IMG/VR virus record: IMGVR_UViG_3300025818_000167
Location: 1-25,353 of that record
Reading direction: 5' to 3' (one strand)
Length of the DNA stretch: 25,353 nucleotides
From: a virus
Lineage: Duplodnaviria; Caudoviricetes
Numbering within the stretch: the first letter of the stretch is position 1; each line of letters starts with the position of its first letter. Below the pieces are notes generated by a model that was given only the letters and a program-made list of their open reading frames with translations, was not told where the DNA came from and ran no database searches. This document shows positions 7,597 to 15,948 of this stretch, in pieces. The translations under genes and the position numbers were made by a program.

Positions 7597-8454
7597 ATGT
7601 CAGAGAACAGTAAAAAACAAGTAGCGAAAGAAGAAAAGAAAAGCATAGCAGTGTTTGATAATTCAATTCTCAAAAAGGCTGGATCATCACTTAGTGAGAG
7701 AGGCGCAGAAGATTATCAAATACCTTATCTATCAATTATTGCATCTACATCCCCTCAAAGAAAAAAGAACGACTCTAAATATATTGAGGGAGCAGAGGAA
7801 GGTAAAATCTTCAATAACGTAACAAACAAGTTATATGATGAGATTACAGTTCTTCCTGTTTACTATAGAAGAAGATATGTAGAGTGGCACTCTGATAGAT
7901 CAAAAGCAACATCACCTATTAATACTTACACCATCGATCAATATGAAAAACTAAAGAGAGAAGGTAAGATTGTTAGAGGTGACGACAATAAAGAGAGAAT
8001 AGTAGGCGGAGATACCTATGTAGAAAATACCGCCGAACATTATGTAATAGTGTTGGAAGATGATGGAAGTTGGAACCAAGCTATTATTAAAATGAAATCT
8101 ACTCAGTTGAAAAAATCTAGAACATGGAATTCAATAATGGCAAATCAAAGAAGAGTTGATGGTGATCAAATCTATCAACCTAAAGATTTTGCAAGATCAT
8201 ACAAACTGACCACCCACTCCGATGGAAACGATAAGGGTGATTGGTATGGTTGGGTTATTAATCAAGACAAATGGATTGATGAAATTGATAATCCTAATCT
8301 TCAAAAGATTTTTGAGGATGCCATTAAATTTGAAAAAGCAATTCATAAGGGTGACGTCTCTGGTGTTGAAGACGATTTCTCTGTTGAAACAAGTTCCCCA
8401 GTTAATGGGGAAGCCTCCAAAAGTGGTTCATCCGATGAGGATCTACCATTTTAA
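7597..8454 (+). CDS. Putative single-stranded DNA-binding protein
   Basis: IPYL...SPQ...GAEEG...YVEW family pattern, flexible acidic tail ending DEDLPF, located before the primase. Confidence 0.7.
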   Translation: MSENSKKQVAKEEKKSIAVFDNSILKKAGSSLSERGAEDYQIPYLSIIASTSPQRKKNDSKYIEGAEEGKIFNNVTNKLYDEITVLPVYYRRRYVEWHSDRSKATSPINTYTIDQYEKLKREGKIVRGDDNKERIVGGDTYVENTAEHYVIVLEDDGSWNQAIIKMKSTQLKKSRTWNSIMANQRRVDGDQIYQPKDFARSYKLTTHSDGNDKGDWYGWVINQDKWIDEIDNPNLQKIFEDAIKFEKAIHKGDVSGVEDDFSVETSSPVNGEASKSGSSDEDLPF

Positions 8455-8469
8455 ATAACGCACTAGCGG

Positions 8470-8535
8470 ATGATACGGCAGTTTTCAGGCATATTTTTTT
8501 CTCCTCGCTTAAAATAACTATAGCTGTCGTATCAT
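8470..8535 (+). ncRNA. Candidate structured RNA hairpin with anti-Shine-Dalgarno loop
   Basis: ATGATACGGCAGTT (8470-8483) pairs with AGCTGTCGTATCAT (8522-8535) using two G-U pairs that work only on the + strand; apical region ATATTTTTTTCTCCTC. Confidence 0.55.
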
Positions 8536-8553
8536 TTATTATGGAGCCAAATA

Positions 8554-10110
8554 ATGAATGATGCGTTAATAGAAAAATTTAAAAATATATTTACTGGTCT
8601 CGAAAGAGCACACGGTATTTTTGAAAAATTAAACGAGCCTCAAAAAGGTAAAAAACTTGAGGCTCGAATGACCACTGTCCACGAGCCGCCAACCATTGAT
8701 AAGTATGCTCGACACTTGAAAGGTGAATATCCTGGATTGGGTATTGTACCTATCAACGATAATAATGAATGTATATTCGGTGCAATTGATATCGATGTAT
8801 ATCCATTAAATCATCAAGATTTACAGAAAAAAGTAAAAGACAAAAAGTTTCCCTTAGTAATGTGTTTGTCTAAAAGCGGTGGAGCACACTTGTATATGTT
8901 CCTAAATAAACCAGTTCCCGCTAAAGAACTACAATTAAAATTAAGTGAAATGGCAACCGCACTTGGATACCCTAAGGCAGAAGTATTTCCTAAGCAGATA
9001 GAATTATCCGCTAGAGAGGGAGAGCAGAAAAGGGATACAGGTAGTTGGATTAATCTTCCCTATCATGGAAGAAATAGGTATGCATTAAAGGAAGACGGTT
9101 CGGGTGCTACCTTAGAACAGTTTCTTGCGCTGTACGACTCCTTCGTTATCAGTGATCTGTCTGGTATTAAGACAGATTTCAAGAATGAAGTTATCAAGGA
9201 TGGACCTCCTTGCTTACAAATACTAACAGAACAGGGTGTTTCTGATGGCTCAAGGAACAATGCGCTGTTTAATGTGGGAGTATTTTATAGGAAGTCTAGT
9301 CCTGATAACTTCAGAGAATTATTAGAAGATTATAATAGAGTCTATGTTAATCCTCCTTTAAATGCGGATGAGGTTTTAACTGTTATTAAACAAATATCAC
9401 AAAGCGATAGTAATGGCGCACCTAAGTATATGTATCGATGTACTCAGCCTCCCATTGAGTCTTTGTGTAATAAGCGATTATGTAAAAAGAGAAAGTTTGG
9501 TATTGGCGGTGACTCCGATAGAGAGCATCCTGTGTATTCTGACTTAAAAGTTTATAAGTCTGATCCACCAAGATACTTCTTAAATGTCGATGACAGAAGA
9601 GTAGAGATATCCAATACAGAAGACTTAATGAACCATCGTAAGATTATTCAAGCATGCCTAGAACAGTTGAATACAGGTATCATGAATATGAGTGCCGCTG
9701 AATGGAATAGAACTTACTCTGAGTTATTTGAAAGTATTTCAATTGATTATCCTCCCGAGGAAGTAACAAAGAAGGGTGAGTTTAAAGAATTACTGGAAGA
9801 GTTTTGCTTACATCAGGGTGAAGCATTAAGTTTTGATGATATCTTTTTAGGTAAGTCTTATACAGAAGAAGGTTTTACTTATTTTGCTTTAAAAGATTTA
9901 ATGGATCATTTAAAGAGAAATGATTTTAAAGAGGCAAGACCTTGGGTAACAGTAAGGCTAAGAGAAGAATATGCTGCTGAAGACTTAATTAAAACTGTAA
10001 AGAATGTAAGAATTCGTTTATGGAAAATAAATCAGCTTACTGTAGATGAACCCGAATTAGATATTCCTAATATGGAAAAAGAAATAAATGAAGAGGAGAT
10101 ACCATTTTGA
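8554..10110 (+). CDS. Archaeo-eukaryotic-type primase (prim-pol) with PriCT-like domain
   Basis: GAIDID (DxD), SKSGGAHLY (motif II), WINLPY (motif III), GSRNNALF PriCT motif and Cys cluster; GGAG RBS at 8543. Confidence 0.85.
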   Translation: MNDALIEKFKNIFTGLERAHGIFEKLNEPQKGKKLEARMTTVHEPPTIDKYARHLKGEYPGLGIVPINDNNECIFGAIDIDVYPLNHQDLQKKVKDKKFPLVMCLSKSGGAHLYMFLNKPVPAKELQLKLSEMATALGYPKAEVFPKQIELSAREGEQKRDTGSWINLPYHGRNRYALKEDGSGATLEQFLALYDSFVISDLSGIKTDFKNEVIKDGPPCLQILTEQGVSDGSRNNALFNVGVFYRKSSPDNFRELLEDYNRVYVNPPLNADEVLTVIKQISQSDSNGAPKYMYRCTQPPIESLCNKRLCKKRKFGIGGDSDREHPVYSDLKVYKSDPPRYFLNVDDRRVEISNTEDLMNHRKIIQACLEQLNTGIMNMSAAEWNRTYSELFESISIDYPPEEVTKKGEFKELLEEFCLHQGEALSFDDIFLGKSYTEEGFTYFALKDLMDHLKRNDFKEARPWVTVRLREEYAAEDLIKTVKNVRIRLWKINQLTVDEPELDIPNMEKEINEEEIPF

Positions 10111-11558
10111 TAAAAGTATTATTTGGAAATAGCTTTGAGAAAGTAAAAGATTTAGAGGACAACTCTATTGACTGTGTTGTCTCTTCTCCTCCCTACTTTG
10201 GTTTGAGAGATTATGGCAATGATAATCAAATGGGTTTAGAAAAGCATTATAAAGATTATATACAAAACACTGTTAATCTTTTTAGGTTAATGAAACCAAA
10301 ACTAAAAGATCAAGCAACTATTTGGTGGAATGTAGGGGATAGCTATTATAATTACAGACCGACAAGAAATAAAGAAGGTTTATATAAGTCTCCCGATTAC
10401 CATAAACAAACAATTAGTAGCAACAGACAAGACCTGCCCACTAAAGGAAGTAAAAGAGGAATTGTTTTTGAAGATATCAAAGAAAAAGATTTAATGATGA
10501 TTCCTAATAGAGTTGCAATTGCATTACAGGAAGACGGGTGGTATGTGAGATCAGAGATTATTTGGCATAAACCTAATCCGATGCCAGAGAGTGTTAGAGA
10601 TAGACCAACATCATGTCATGAAAAAATATGGTTAATCACAAAGAATAAATCTTATTACTATGATCATGAGGCAATTAAAGAGGAAGCAAAGACCTCTCCT
10701 GTTCTAAGAAACAAAATGGCAGAGGGTTATCAAGCTGACTATCCTAATGGTAAAAGATTTAGTGAGGGAGAAAGAGTTTGGGGAGCAGAAAAGAAAAACA
10801 AAAGAAATGTTTGGAGTGTTACTACAAAACCGTTTAAGGGAGCACACTTTGCAACATTTCCTCCCGACTTGATTGAGCCTTGTATCTTAGCGGGGTGTCC
10901 AGAAAAGGTTTGTGCTAATTGTGATGAACCTTATATTAATAAACCAATTTATAAATACATCAGCAAAACATCAAGCAAGGGCAATAAACATGGGAAATAT
11001 GGTAATCAAGAGATTGAATCAGCAAATAGACAAGGTTTACATTCCAACAGAGGTAATAAATTAATTGAAGTTAGAGATAATTTACCAAAACAGTCTATTT
11101 TTGTTAATTTTTTAAGAAGTAAAACTAATGCAAAAATATTGGCTGAAAATACAAATATAAAATTAACTAAAATAGAGCATTGGTTTAGAAGTGATAAATT
11201 GGGATTTGCATACCCAAGCATTGATGATTGGAAACAAGTAAGAGATTTTGTTGATGATTGGTCAAAGGAGTTTGCAGAAATAGATAATTCTTTAATGACA
11301 TACGAATTAAAATCTGATGCAGTCGAATCTAAAAAACTTATTGGCTATGAGTTAAAAAAACAATGCGATTGCCAAACTAATGAAACTAAGAGTGGAACAG
11401 TTTTAGATCCTTTTGGTGGATCTGGTACAACAGGATTGGTTGCTCATCGACATAAAAGAAATGCTATATTGATCGAACTTAACAGGGAATACAAAGAAGT
11501 AATGAAATTAAGATTTAGTAAAGAGGGAGCTTTATTATTACAGGTGCAGTATGAGTAA
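10107..11558 (+). CDS. Site-specific DNA methyltransferase (N4/N6 family, beta class) with a large internal insertion
   Basis: SSPPYFGLRDYG catalytic motif, IIWHKPNPMPESVRDR, HFATFP, and C-terminal VLDPFGGSGTT SAM motif; TTG start with GAGGAG RBS. Confidence 0.92.
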   Translation: MIKVLFGNSFEKVKDLEDNSIDCVVSSPPYFGLRDYGNDNQMGLEKHYKDYIQNTVNLFRLMKPKLKDQATIWWNVGDSYYNYRPTRNKEGLYKSPDYHKQTISSNRQDLPTKGSKRGIVFEDIKEKDLMMIPNRVAIALQEDGWYVRSEIIWHKPNPMPESVRDRPTSCHEKIWLITKNKSYYYDHEAIKEEAKTSPVLRNKMAEGYQADYPNGKRFSEGERVWGAEKKNKRNVWSVTTKPFKGAHFATFPPDLIEPCILAGCPEKVCANCDEPYINKPIYKYISKTSSKGNKHGKYGNQEIESANRQGLHSNRGNKLIEVRDNLPKQSIFVNFLRSKTNAKILAENTNIKLTKIEHWFRSDKLGFAYPSIDDWKQVRDFVDDWSKEFAEIDNSLMTYELKSDAVESKKLIGYELKKQCDCQTNETKSGTVLDPFGGSGTTGLVAHRHKRNAILIELNREYKEVMKLRFSKEGALLLQVQYE

Positions 11559-13140
11559 ACCTATTGTTGTCATCGGACCGCCAGGCACGGGAAAAACAAC
11601 ATTTATATTAAATAAAATAGAGGAGTATATAGCAGATGGTTACAGTATCGATGATATTGGTTTCTTTTCTTTTTCTAACAAGGCTGTTGACGAAGCAAAA
11701 CAAAGAGCCAGTCAGAAATTCAAAATACCGACATCACAACTAGAAAACTTTAGTACTTTACATTCGTATGCCTTACGTCAGTTAGGTTTAAGTAGAGACT
11801 ATATTATGAGTAAAAATGATTGGAGAAATGTAGAAGATGTACTTAGGATTAAAATTAATGTTAATAACGATGACGATAGTTTTTACAACAACTACGATGA
11901 TAAATATATTCAACTTATAGAGAAATCAAAAAGAAGAAACATTGACCTGAGAGATTGTTGGACAATGTTTGCTAAGGATATTATTTATCACAAGCTAGAA
12001 TACATTGATAAAGGTTTAAAAGAATACAAGAGAAAAGGATATGAATTATTTACTGATGGAGTAAAGGGTAACTTTGTTAAGGATGCAGGTCCTAAAATGG
12101 ATTTCACAGACTTGATAATGGACTTTGTAAAAAATAATAGAGTAAAACCTTTAAGAGTTGTTTTCTTTGATGAGTCTCAAGATATGTCCACGATCCAGTG
12201 GAAGATGGCAGAGATGATTTGGGATGCGTCTGAGATATCCTATATAGCAATGGATCCAAACCAAGCTATTTATACTTGGGCTGATGCCGATGTATCCAAA
12301 GCAATAGAAGTAAAGACAAAAGCAGAACAGACTATTGTTTTAGATAAATCAAAGAGAGTACCAAGAAAGATATGGGAAGTTGTAAACAGAGTAGAAGAAC
12401 AGATTATAGCCTACGATGATATTAAATGGGAGCCTGCCGAGAGAGACGGAAGTGTAGAATTTGTTAAAGGTGTTTATCATTTAAATATGTCCGATGGCAG
12501 CTGGCTGGTGATGGGTAGAACTAGAACCATTAGAGAAGACCTAGAAGAAGTTTTAAGAAAAAAGAATGTCTTCTTTCGTGTTAAGATGAGAGATAATAAA
12601 TATAGATACTCTGTCAAAGCACAGGAGAGAAACGCTATTTTAACTTGGAAAGAGTTAATGAGAAGCGAGACAAATGAAGTTCCTATTAAATTAGTTGATA
12701 ACTTATATAAAACTATTGGAAAAGAGTATGTTGCTAGAGGATTTAAAAAAGTAGTAGCAGAACAGAAGAAAGCTTTTCCTGATAAAAAAGTTTCTTTTAA
12801 AGAACTAAAAGAAAGTTTCGGACTTATATCAGAGTTTGGAACATCATGGGTGGATGTGATGACAACTATCGATACAGAAACTCGTGCATATTTGGAGAAC
12901 CTAGAATCGAGAGGCGAGGACATAGGAAACGAGCCAAGGATAACTTTGTCTACCATTCATCAACAAAAGGGTGGAGAGGCTGACAATGTTATTGTCTCTT
13001 TAGATATAGGTAAAATGGCTTACGATGATTATCGAGTCAATCCAATTAACGAACATCGATTATTTTATGTGGCGTTCTCTAGAGCAAAACATAATTTATA
13101 TATCGTACTACCACAATCAAGGGAGGCTTATAGAATATGA
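11551..13140 (+). CDS. UvrD/Rep-like superfamily 1 helicase
   Basis: GPPGTGKTT, TLHS, DESQD, DPNQAIY, STIHQQKGGEAD and YVAFSRAK motifs. Confidence 0.92.
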   Translation: MSKPIVVIGPPGTGKTTFILNKIEEYIADGYSIDDIGFFSFSNKAVDEAKQRASQKFKIPTSQLENFSTLHSYALRQLGLSRDYIMSKNDWRNVEDVLRIKINVNNDDDSFYNNYDDKYIQLIEKSKRRNIDLRDCWTMFAKDIIYHKLEYIDKGLKEYKRKGYELFTDGVKGNFVKDAGPKMDFTDLIMDFVKNNRVKPLRVVFFDESQDMSTIQWKMAEMIWDASEISYIAMDPNQAIYTWADADVSKAIEVKTKAEQTIVLDKSKRVPRKIWEVVNRVEEQIIAYDDIKWEPAERDGSVEFVKGVYHLNMSDGSWLVMGRTRTIREDLEEVLRKKNVFFRVKMRDNKYRYSVKAQERNAILTWKELMRSETNEVPIKLVDNLYKTIGKEYVARGFKKVVAEQKKAFPDKKVSFKELKESFGLISEFGTSWVDVMTTIDTETRAYLENLESRGEDIGNEPRITLSTIHQQKGGEADNVIVSLDIGKMAYDDYRVNPINEHRLFYVAFSRAKHNLYIVLPQSREAYRI

Positions 13141-13397
13141 ACTTACAAGAATTAAAAGATCGCGGTCTTTTAGATGAAGAGATAATAAAGTGGGATGGAT
13201 TTGATGAATGTGTTTTAGGAATCGGATCTAGATGTGGCATGGAAGATGTTCTTGTTTATAGCAAGAAAAAGATTGCCTACACTTTAAGAGACAGAGACGA
13301 AATGACGGTGGAGGATGCTCTAGAGTATATTGATTTCAATATATTGGGAGCATATGTGGGAGAAAGAACACCAATTATTTTGGAGGATTTTATATGA
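13137..13397 (+). CDS. Conserved phage hypothetical protein
   Basis: DGFD...VY...ALEYIDFNILGAYVGERTP pattern; ATGA overlaps on both sides. Confidence 0.75.
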   Translation: MNLQELKDRGLLDEEIIKWDGFDECVLGIGSRCGMEDVLVYSKKKIAYTLRDRDEMTVEDALEYIDFNILGAYVGERTPIILEDFI

Positions 13398-15274
13398 GTA
13401 AACAAATAGGAATGTTTAAACCTAAGTCAGAGTGGATTGCACCAATGGAATTCCCTGACATTAAAGATGCAAAAAGAATTGCAATAGACTTAGAAACAAA
13501 AGACCCCAGTATCGTGGATAAAGGACCTGGATGGGCAACAAATGATGGACACATTATTGGTGTGGCTGTTGCTGTAGATGGTTGGGAAGCATATTACCCT
13601 ATTCGACATGAGGCAGGATTTAATCACGCACCTGAGATAGTTTTTGATTGGTTAAATGAAATGCTATCGGGAGAGGGGGATAAAATAGCACACAATGCAT
13701 CCTACGACTTCGGTTGGTTAAAAGCGGAAGGTGTAAAGTGGAATGGCAGGATTATTGATACAATGATTGCCGCTCCGTTAATTAATGAAAACAAATACAG
13801 CTACGCTTTAAACTCTTTGTCTAAAGAATATTTAGAAGAAAGTAAAAATGAGTTTCTTTTAAATGAAACGGCAGCACAGTGGGGAGTTAATCCTAAAAGT
13901 GAGATGTATAAGATACCCTCTCAGTATGTGGGAGAGTATGCAGAGCAAGACGCTGTCCTCTGTTTAAAGTTATGGGATCGACTAAGTGTAGAGATAACTA
14001 AATTAAACTTAGAAACTGTTTTTAATTTAGAAACAGAACTTCTTCCTATTCTTATTGATATGAGAATGAAAGGAGTCAGAGTTGATTTAGATAAATTAAA
14101 GATTGCTGAAAAAGAACTAGTTAGTAGAGAAAACAAACTATTAAAGTTTGTCCACGATGAGACAGGCGGTAAGGTAGATATCTGGGCAGCCAGATCGATT
14201 TCCTCTATTTTTGATTTATGTAAGATAGATTATCCTAAAACAGAAAAAGGTAATCCATCCTTTACAAAATCTTTCTTAGATAATCATCCTCATCCTATTC
14301 CCAAAGCTATTGTTCAAGCGAGAGAGTTCAACAAAGCGCGAACCACTTTCCTCCAAACGATAGAAAAGTATAATCACAATGGAAGAATACACGCCAATAT
14401 TAATCAGCTACGAACAGAGAACGGCGGAACGGTGACAGGAAGATTTAGTTATTCTAATCCTAACCTTCAGCAGATACCTGCTCGAGACAGTGCCGAAGCT
14501 GATTTAAAAATAGGAACAATGATCAGAGGATTGTTTTTACCTGAAGAGGGAGAGAAGTGGGGTTCCTTTGACTATTCTCAGCAGGAACCACGATTAGTTG
14601 TCCATTATGCTGATTTTATAGGTTTAGACGGATCAGAAAAGCTCGTAGAAGCCTATAGGAGTGATAAAAACACTGACTTCCATACGATCATGGCGGAGAT
14701 TGGAAAAATCAAACGTAAGGCTGCTAAAACCATAAATTTGGGGTTATTCTATGGTATGGGGGTAGGAAAACTAGCAGATCAGCTAGGAATTGACCCTGAG
14801 GAAGCAAGAACCATTATTAATGAATATAATCAGAGAGTTCCGTTTGTAAGGAAGCTTGCAGACCGAGTCGCTGACCACGCTTCGCGGACAGGGAAGATCA
14901 AAACCTTTTTAGGTAGACGATGTCATTTTGATTTGTGGGAACCTAAAACTTTTGGAGTACACAAAGCATATCCACTCGAAAAGGCTAAAGAGGAACACGG
15001 AGAGAATATACCCTTAAAGAGAGCGGGAACTTACAAAGCTTTAAATAGATTAATTCAAGGAAGCGCAGCAGATCAAACAAAGATGGCTATGATTAATTTA
15101 TATAAAGAGGGAATTGTTCCTATGATTCAAATCCACGATGAGTTAGCCATCAGTTTTGATGGTAGCGAAGAAAAGCAAAATAAAATCATAGAGTGTATGG
15201 AGAACGCAATAGACTTAAACATACCCTCAAAGGTCGATGTGGCAGTCGGTAATAACTGGGGAGAAACTCAATGA
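13394..15274 (+). CDS. polA: DNA polymerase family A with 3'-5' exonuclease domain
   Basis: ExoI DLET, ExoII HNASYD, ExoIII YAEQD; TGRFSYSNPNLQQIP; motif A DYSQQEPR; motif B RKAAKTINLGLFYG; motif C QIHDEL. Confidence 0.96.
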   Translation: MSKQIGMFKPKSEWIAPMEFPDIKDAKRIAIDLETKDPSIVDKGPGWATNDGHIIGVAVAVDGWEAYYPIRHEAGFNHAPEIVFDWLNEMLSGEGDKIAHNASYDFGWLKAEGVKWNGRIIDTMIAAPLINENKYSYALNSLSKEYLEESKNEFLLNETAAQWGVNPKSEMYKIPSQYVGEYAEQDAVLCLKLWDRLSVEITKLNLETVFNLETELLPILIDMRMKGVRVDLDKLKIAEKELVSRENKLLKFVHDETGGKVDIWAARSISSIFDLCKIDYPKTEKGNPSFTKSFLDNHPHPIPKAIVQAREFNKARTTFLQTIEKYNHNGRIHANINQLRTENGGTVTGRFSYSNPNLQQIPARDSAEADLKIGTMIRGLFLPEEGEKWGSFDYSQQEPRLVVHYADFIGLDGSEKLVEAYRSDKNTDFHTIMAEIGKIKRKAAKTINLGLFYGMGVGKLADQLGIDPEEARTIINEYNQRVPFVRKLADRVADHASRTGKIKTFLGRRCHFDLWEPKTFGVHKAYPLEKAKEEHGENIPLKRAGTYKALNRLIQGSAADQTKMAMINLYKEGIVPMIQIHDELAISFDGSEEKQNKIIECMENAIDLNIPSKVDVAVGNNWGETQ

Positions 15275-15477
15275 GAATATTATATCAGGATGGTAGACTG
15301 TATGTCAGTTTAACTAGAGATGAAATAAAACAAGCTAGCGACAGCATAGGTATGCCGTTAGAACTTCCAATTGGTCAGTTAAAAATATTTCAAGAAGATA
15401 TTAACAAGGCTGTCTTACAGCACTGGACTAAAGTAGAAGTTAAAAGGGAAGTCGAAAAACATAAAAGGAAGGATTAA
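15271..15477 (+). CDS. Hypothetical protein
   Basis: 68 aa; GGGAG RBS and ATGA overlap with polA. Confidence 0.7.
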   Translation: MRILYQDGRLYVSLTRDEIKQASDSIGMPLELPIGQLKIFQEDINKAVLQHWTKVEVKREVEKHKRKD

Positions 15478-15489
15478 AAACCTTCCTTT
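15455..15489. terminator. Hairpin terminator, possibly bidirectional
   Basis: AAAGGAAGG (15464-15472) / CCTTCCTTT (15481-15489); the U-rich tail is better on the minus strand. Confidence 0.55.
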
Positions 15490-15506
15490 ATTGATTTAGC
15501 TAAGTT

Positions 15507-15633
15507 CTTAAATAAATGGTAACGACAGTTATTAGATTAATTGTTATTTGCAAGTGACACTAAACCTAATAATCTTTTTACAAACATACAACAATTACCT
15601 TCCTGTATATTTATATTTAAGGTCGTTACCATT
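15507..15633 (-). ncRNA. Candidate structured RNA, possibly encoding a 16-aa peptide
   Basis: Perfect 12-bp inverted repeat AATGGTAACGAC (15515-15526) / GTCGTTACCATT (15622-15633) enclosing nested stems; minus-strand extended -10 (TGATATATT) upstream and terminator downstream. Confidence 0.45.
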
Positions 15634-15757
15634 CTGACTAATAATATATCATATCTGATCTGCAAAATAAACACTTCTTAATTTTTTTTCTGTGGATATA
15701 TTTCTGTTATGCACGTTTATACAGACGAAGACTTACAATTTATTAACGGAGATAATA

Positions 15758-15934
15758 ATGTTTAATTTAACTAAAAGATCAATGAACCACTTCTTAAACT
15801 TTTTTAAAAAAGAAGATAAAGACAAAGAAATAAAAGACTATTGCCAAGCTGAATATAAAAAAGATTGGTATGCTGCTTATATGACCTTCAAAGAAGAAGG
15901 TAAATTCCCTAACTTTATTAGAAGAACGCTTTAG
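15758..15934 (+). CDS. Small hypothetical protein (58 aa, YCQAEYKKDW motif)
   Basis: GGAG RBS at 15748 supports ATG 15758; stop abuts the lysozyme stop. Confidence 0.7.
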   Translation: MFNLTKRSMNHFLNFFKKEDKDKEIKDYCQAEYKKDWYAAYMTFKEEGKFPNFIRRTL

Positions 15935-15948
15935 TTAAGCGTTCTCTA
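15919..15948. terminator. Hairpin at the convergent gene junction
   Basis: AGAACGCTT (15923-15931) / AAGCGTTCT (15937-15945), centred on the two abutting stop codons. Confidence 0.55.

Noticed and set aside
7290-7673. Antisense or shadow ORFs in the track (97-297, 657-866, 1936-2136, 3556-3750, 5642-5920, 6130-6339, 7290-7673, 8222-8458, 9063-9260, 11006-11221, 12477-12956, 13921-14136, 16795-17001, 17309-17497, 18223-18456, 20021-20431, 21225-21515, 22217-23008, 23467-23661, 24187-24438)
   Set aside because: They overlap better-supported genes, show the composition expected of antisense or alternate frames, and lack recognisable motifs.
8464-8493. Minus-strand 9-codon ORF MPENCRIIR with a GAGGAG RBS as a real gene
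   Set aside because: Not called as a feature: very short, antisense to the replication operon, and the G-U pairs favour a plus-strand RNA. Kept as an alternative explanation in findings.
10902-11393. Intein or intron in the DNA methyltransferase
   Set aside because: The frame is continuous, with no C-terminal His-Asn splice junction or LAGLIDADG motif; the insert looks like a Cys-clamped HTH.
10107-13140. Restriction-modification or defence system (methyltransferase plus helicase)
   Set aside because: No cognate restriction nuclease is adjacent; the methyltransferase is an orphan inserted in a primase-helicase-polymerase replication module.
15692-15757. GTG start at 15692
   Set aside because: ATG 15758 has a clear GGAG RBS.
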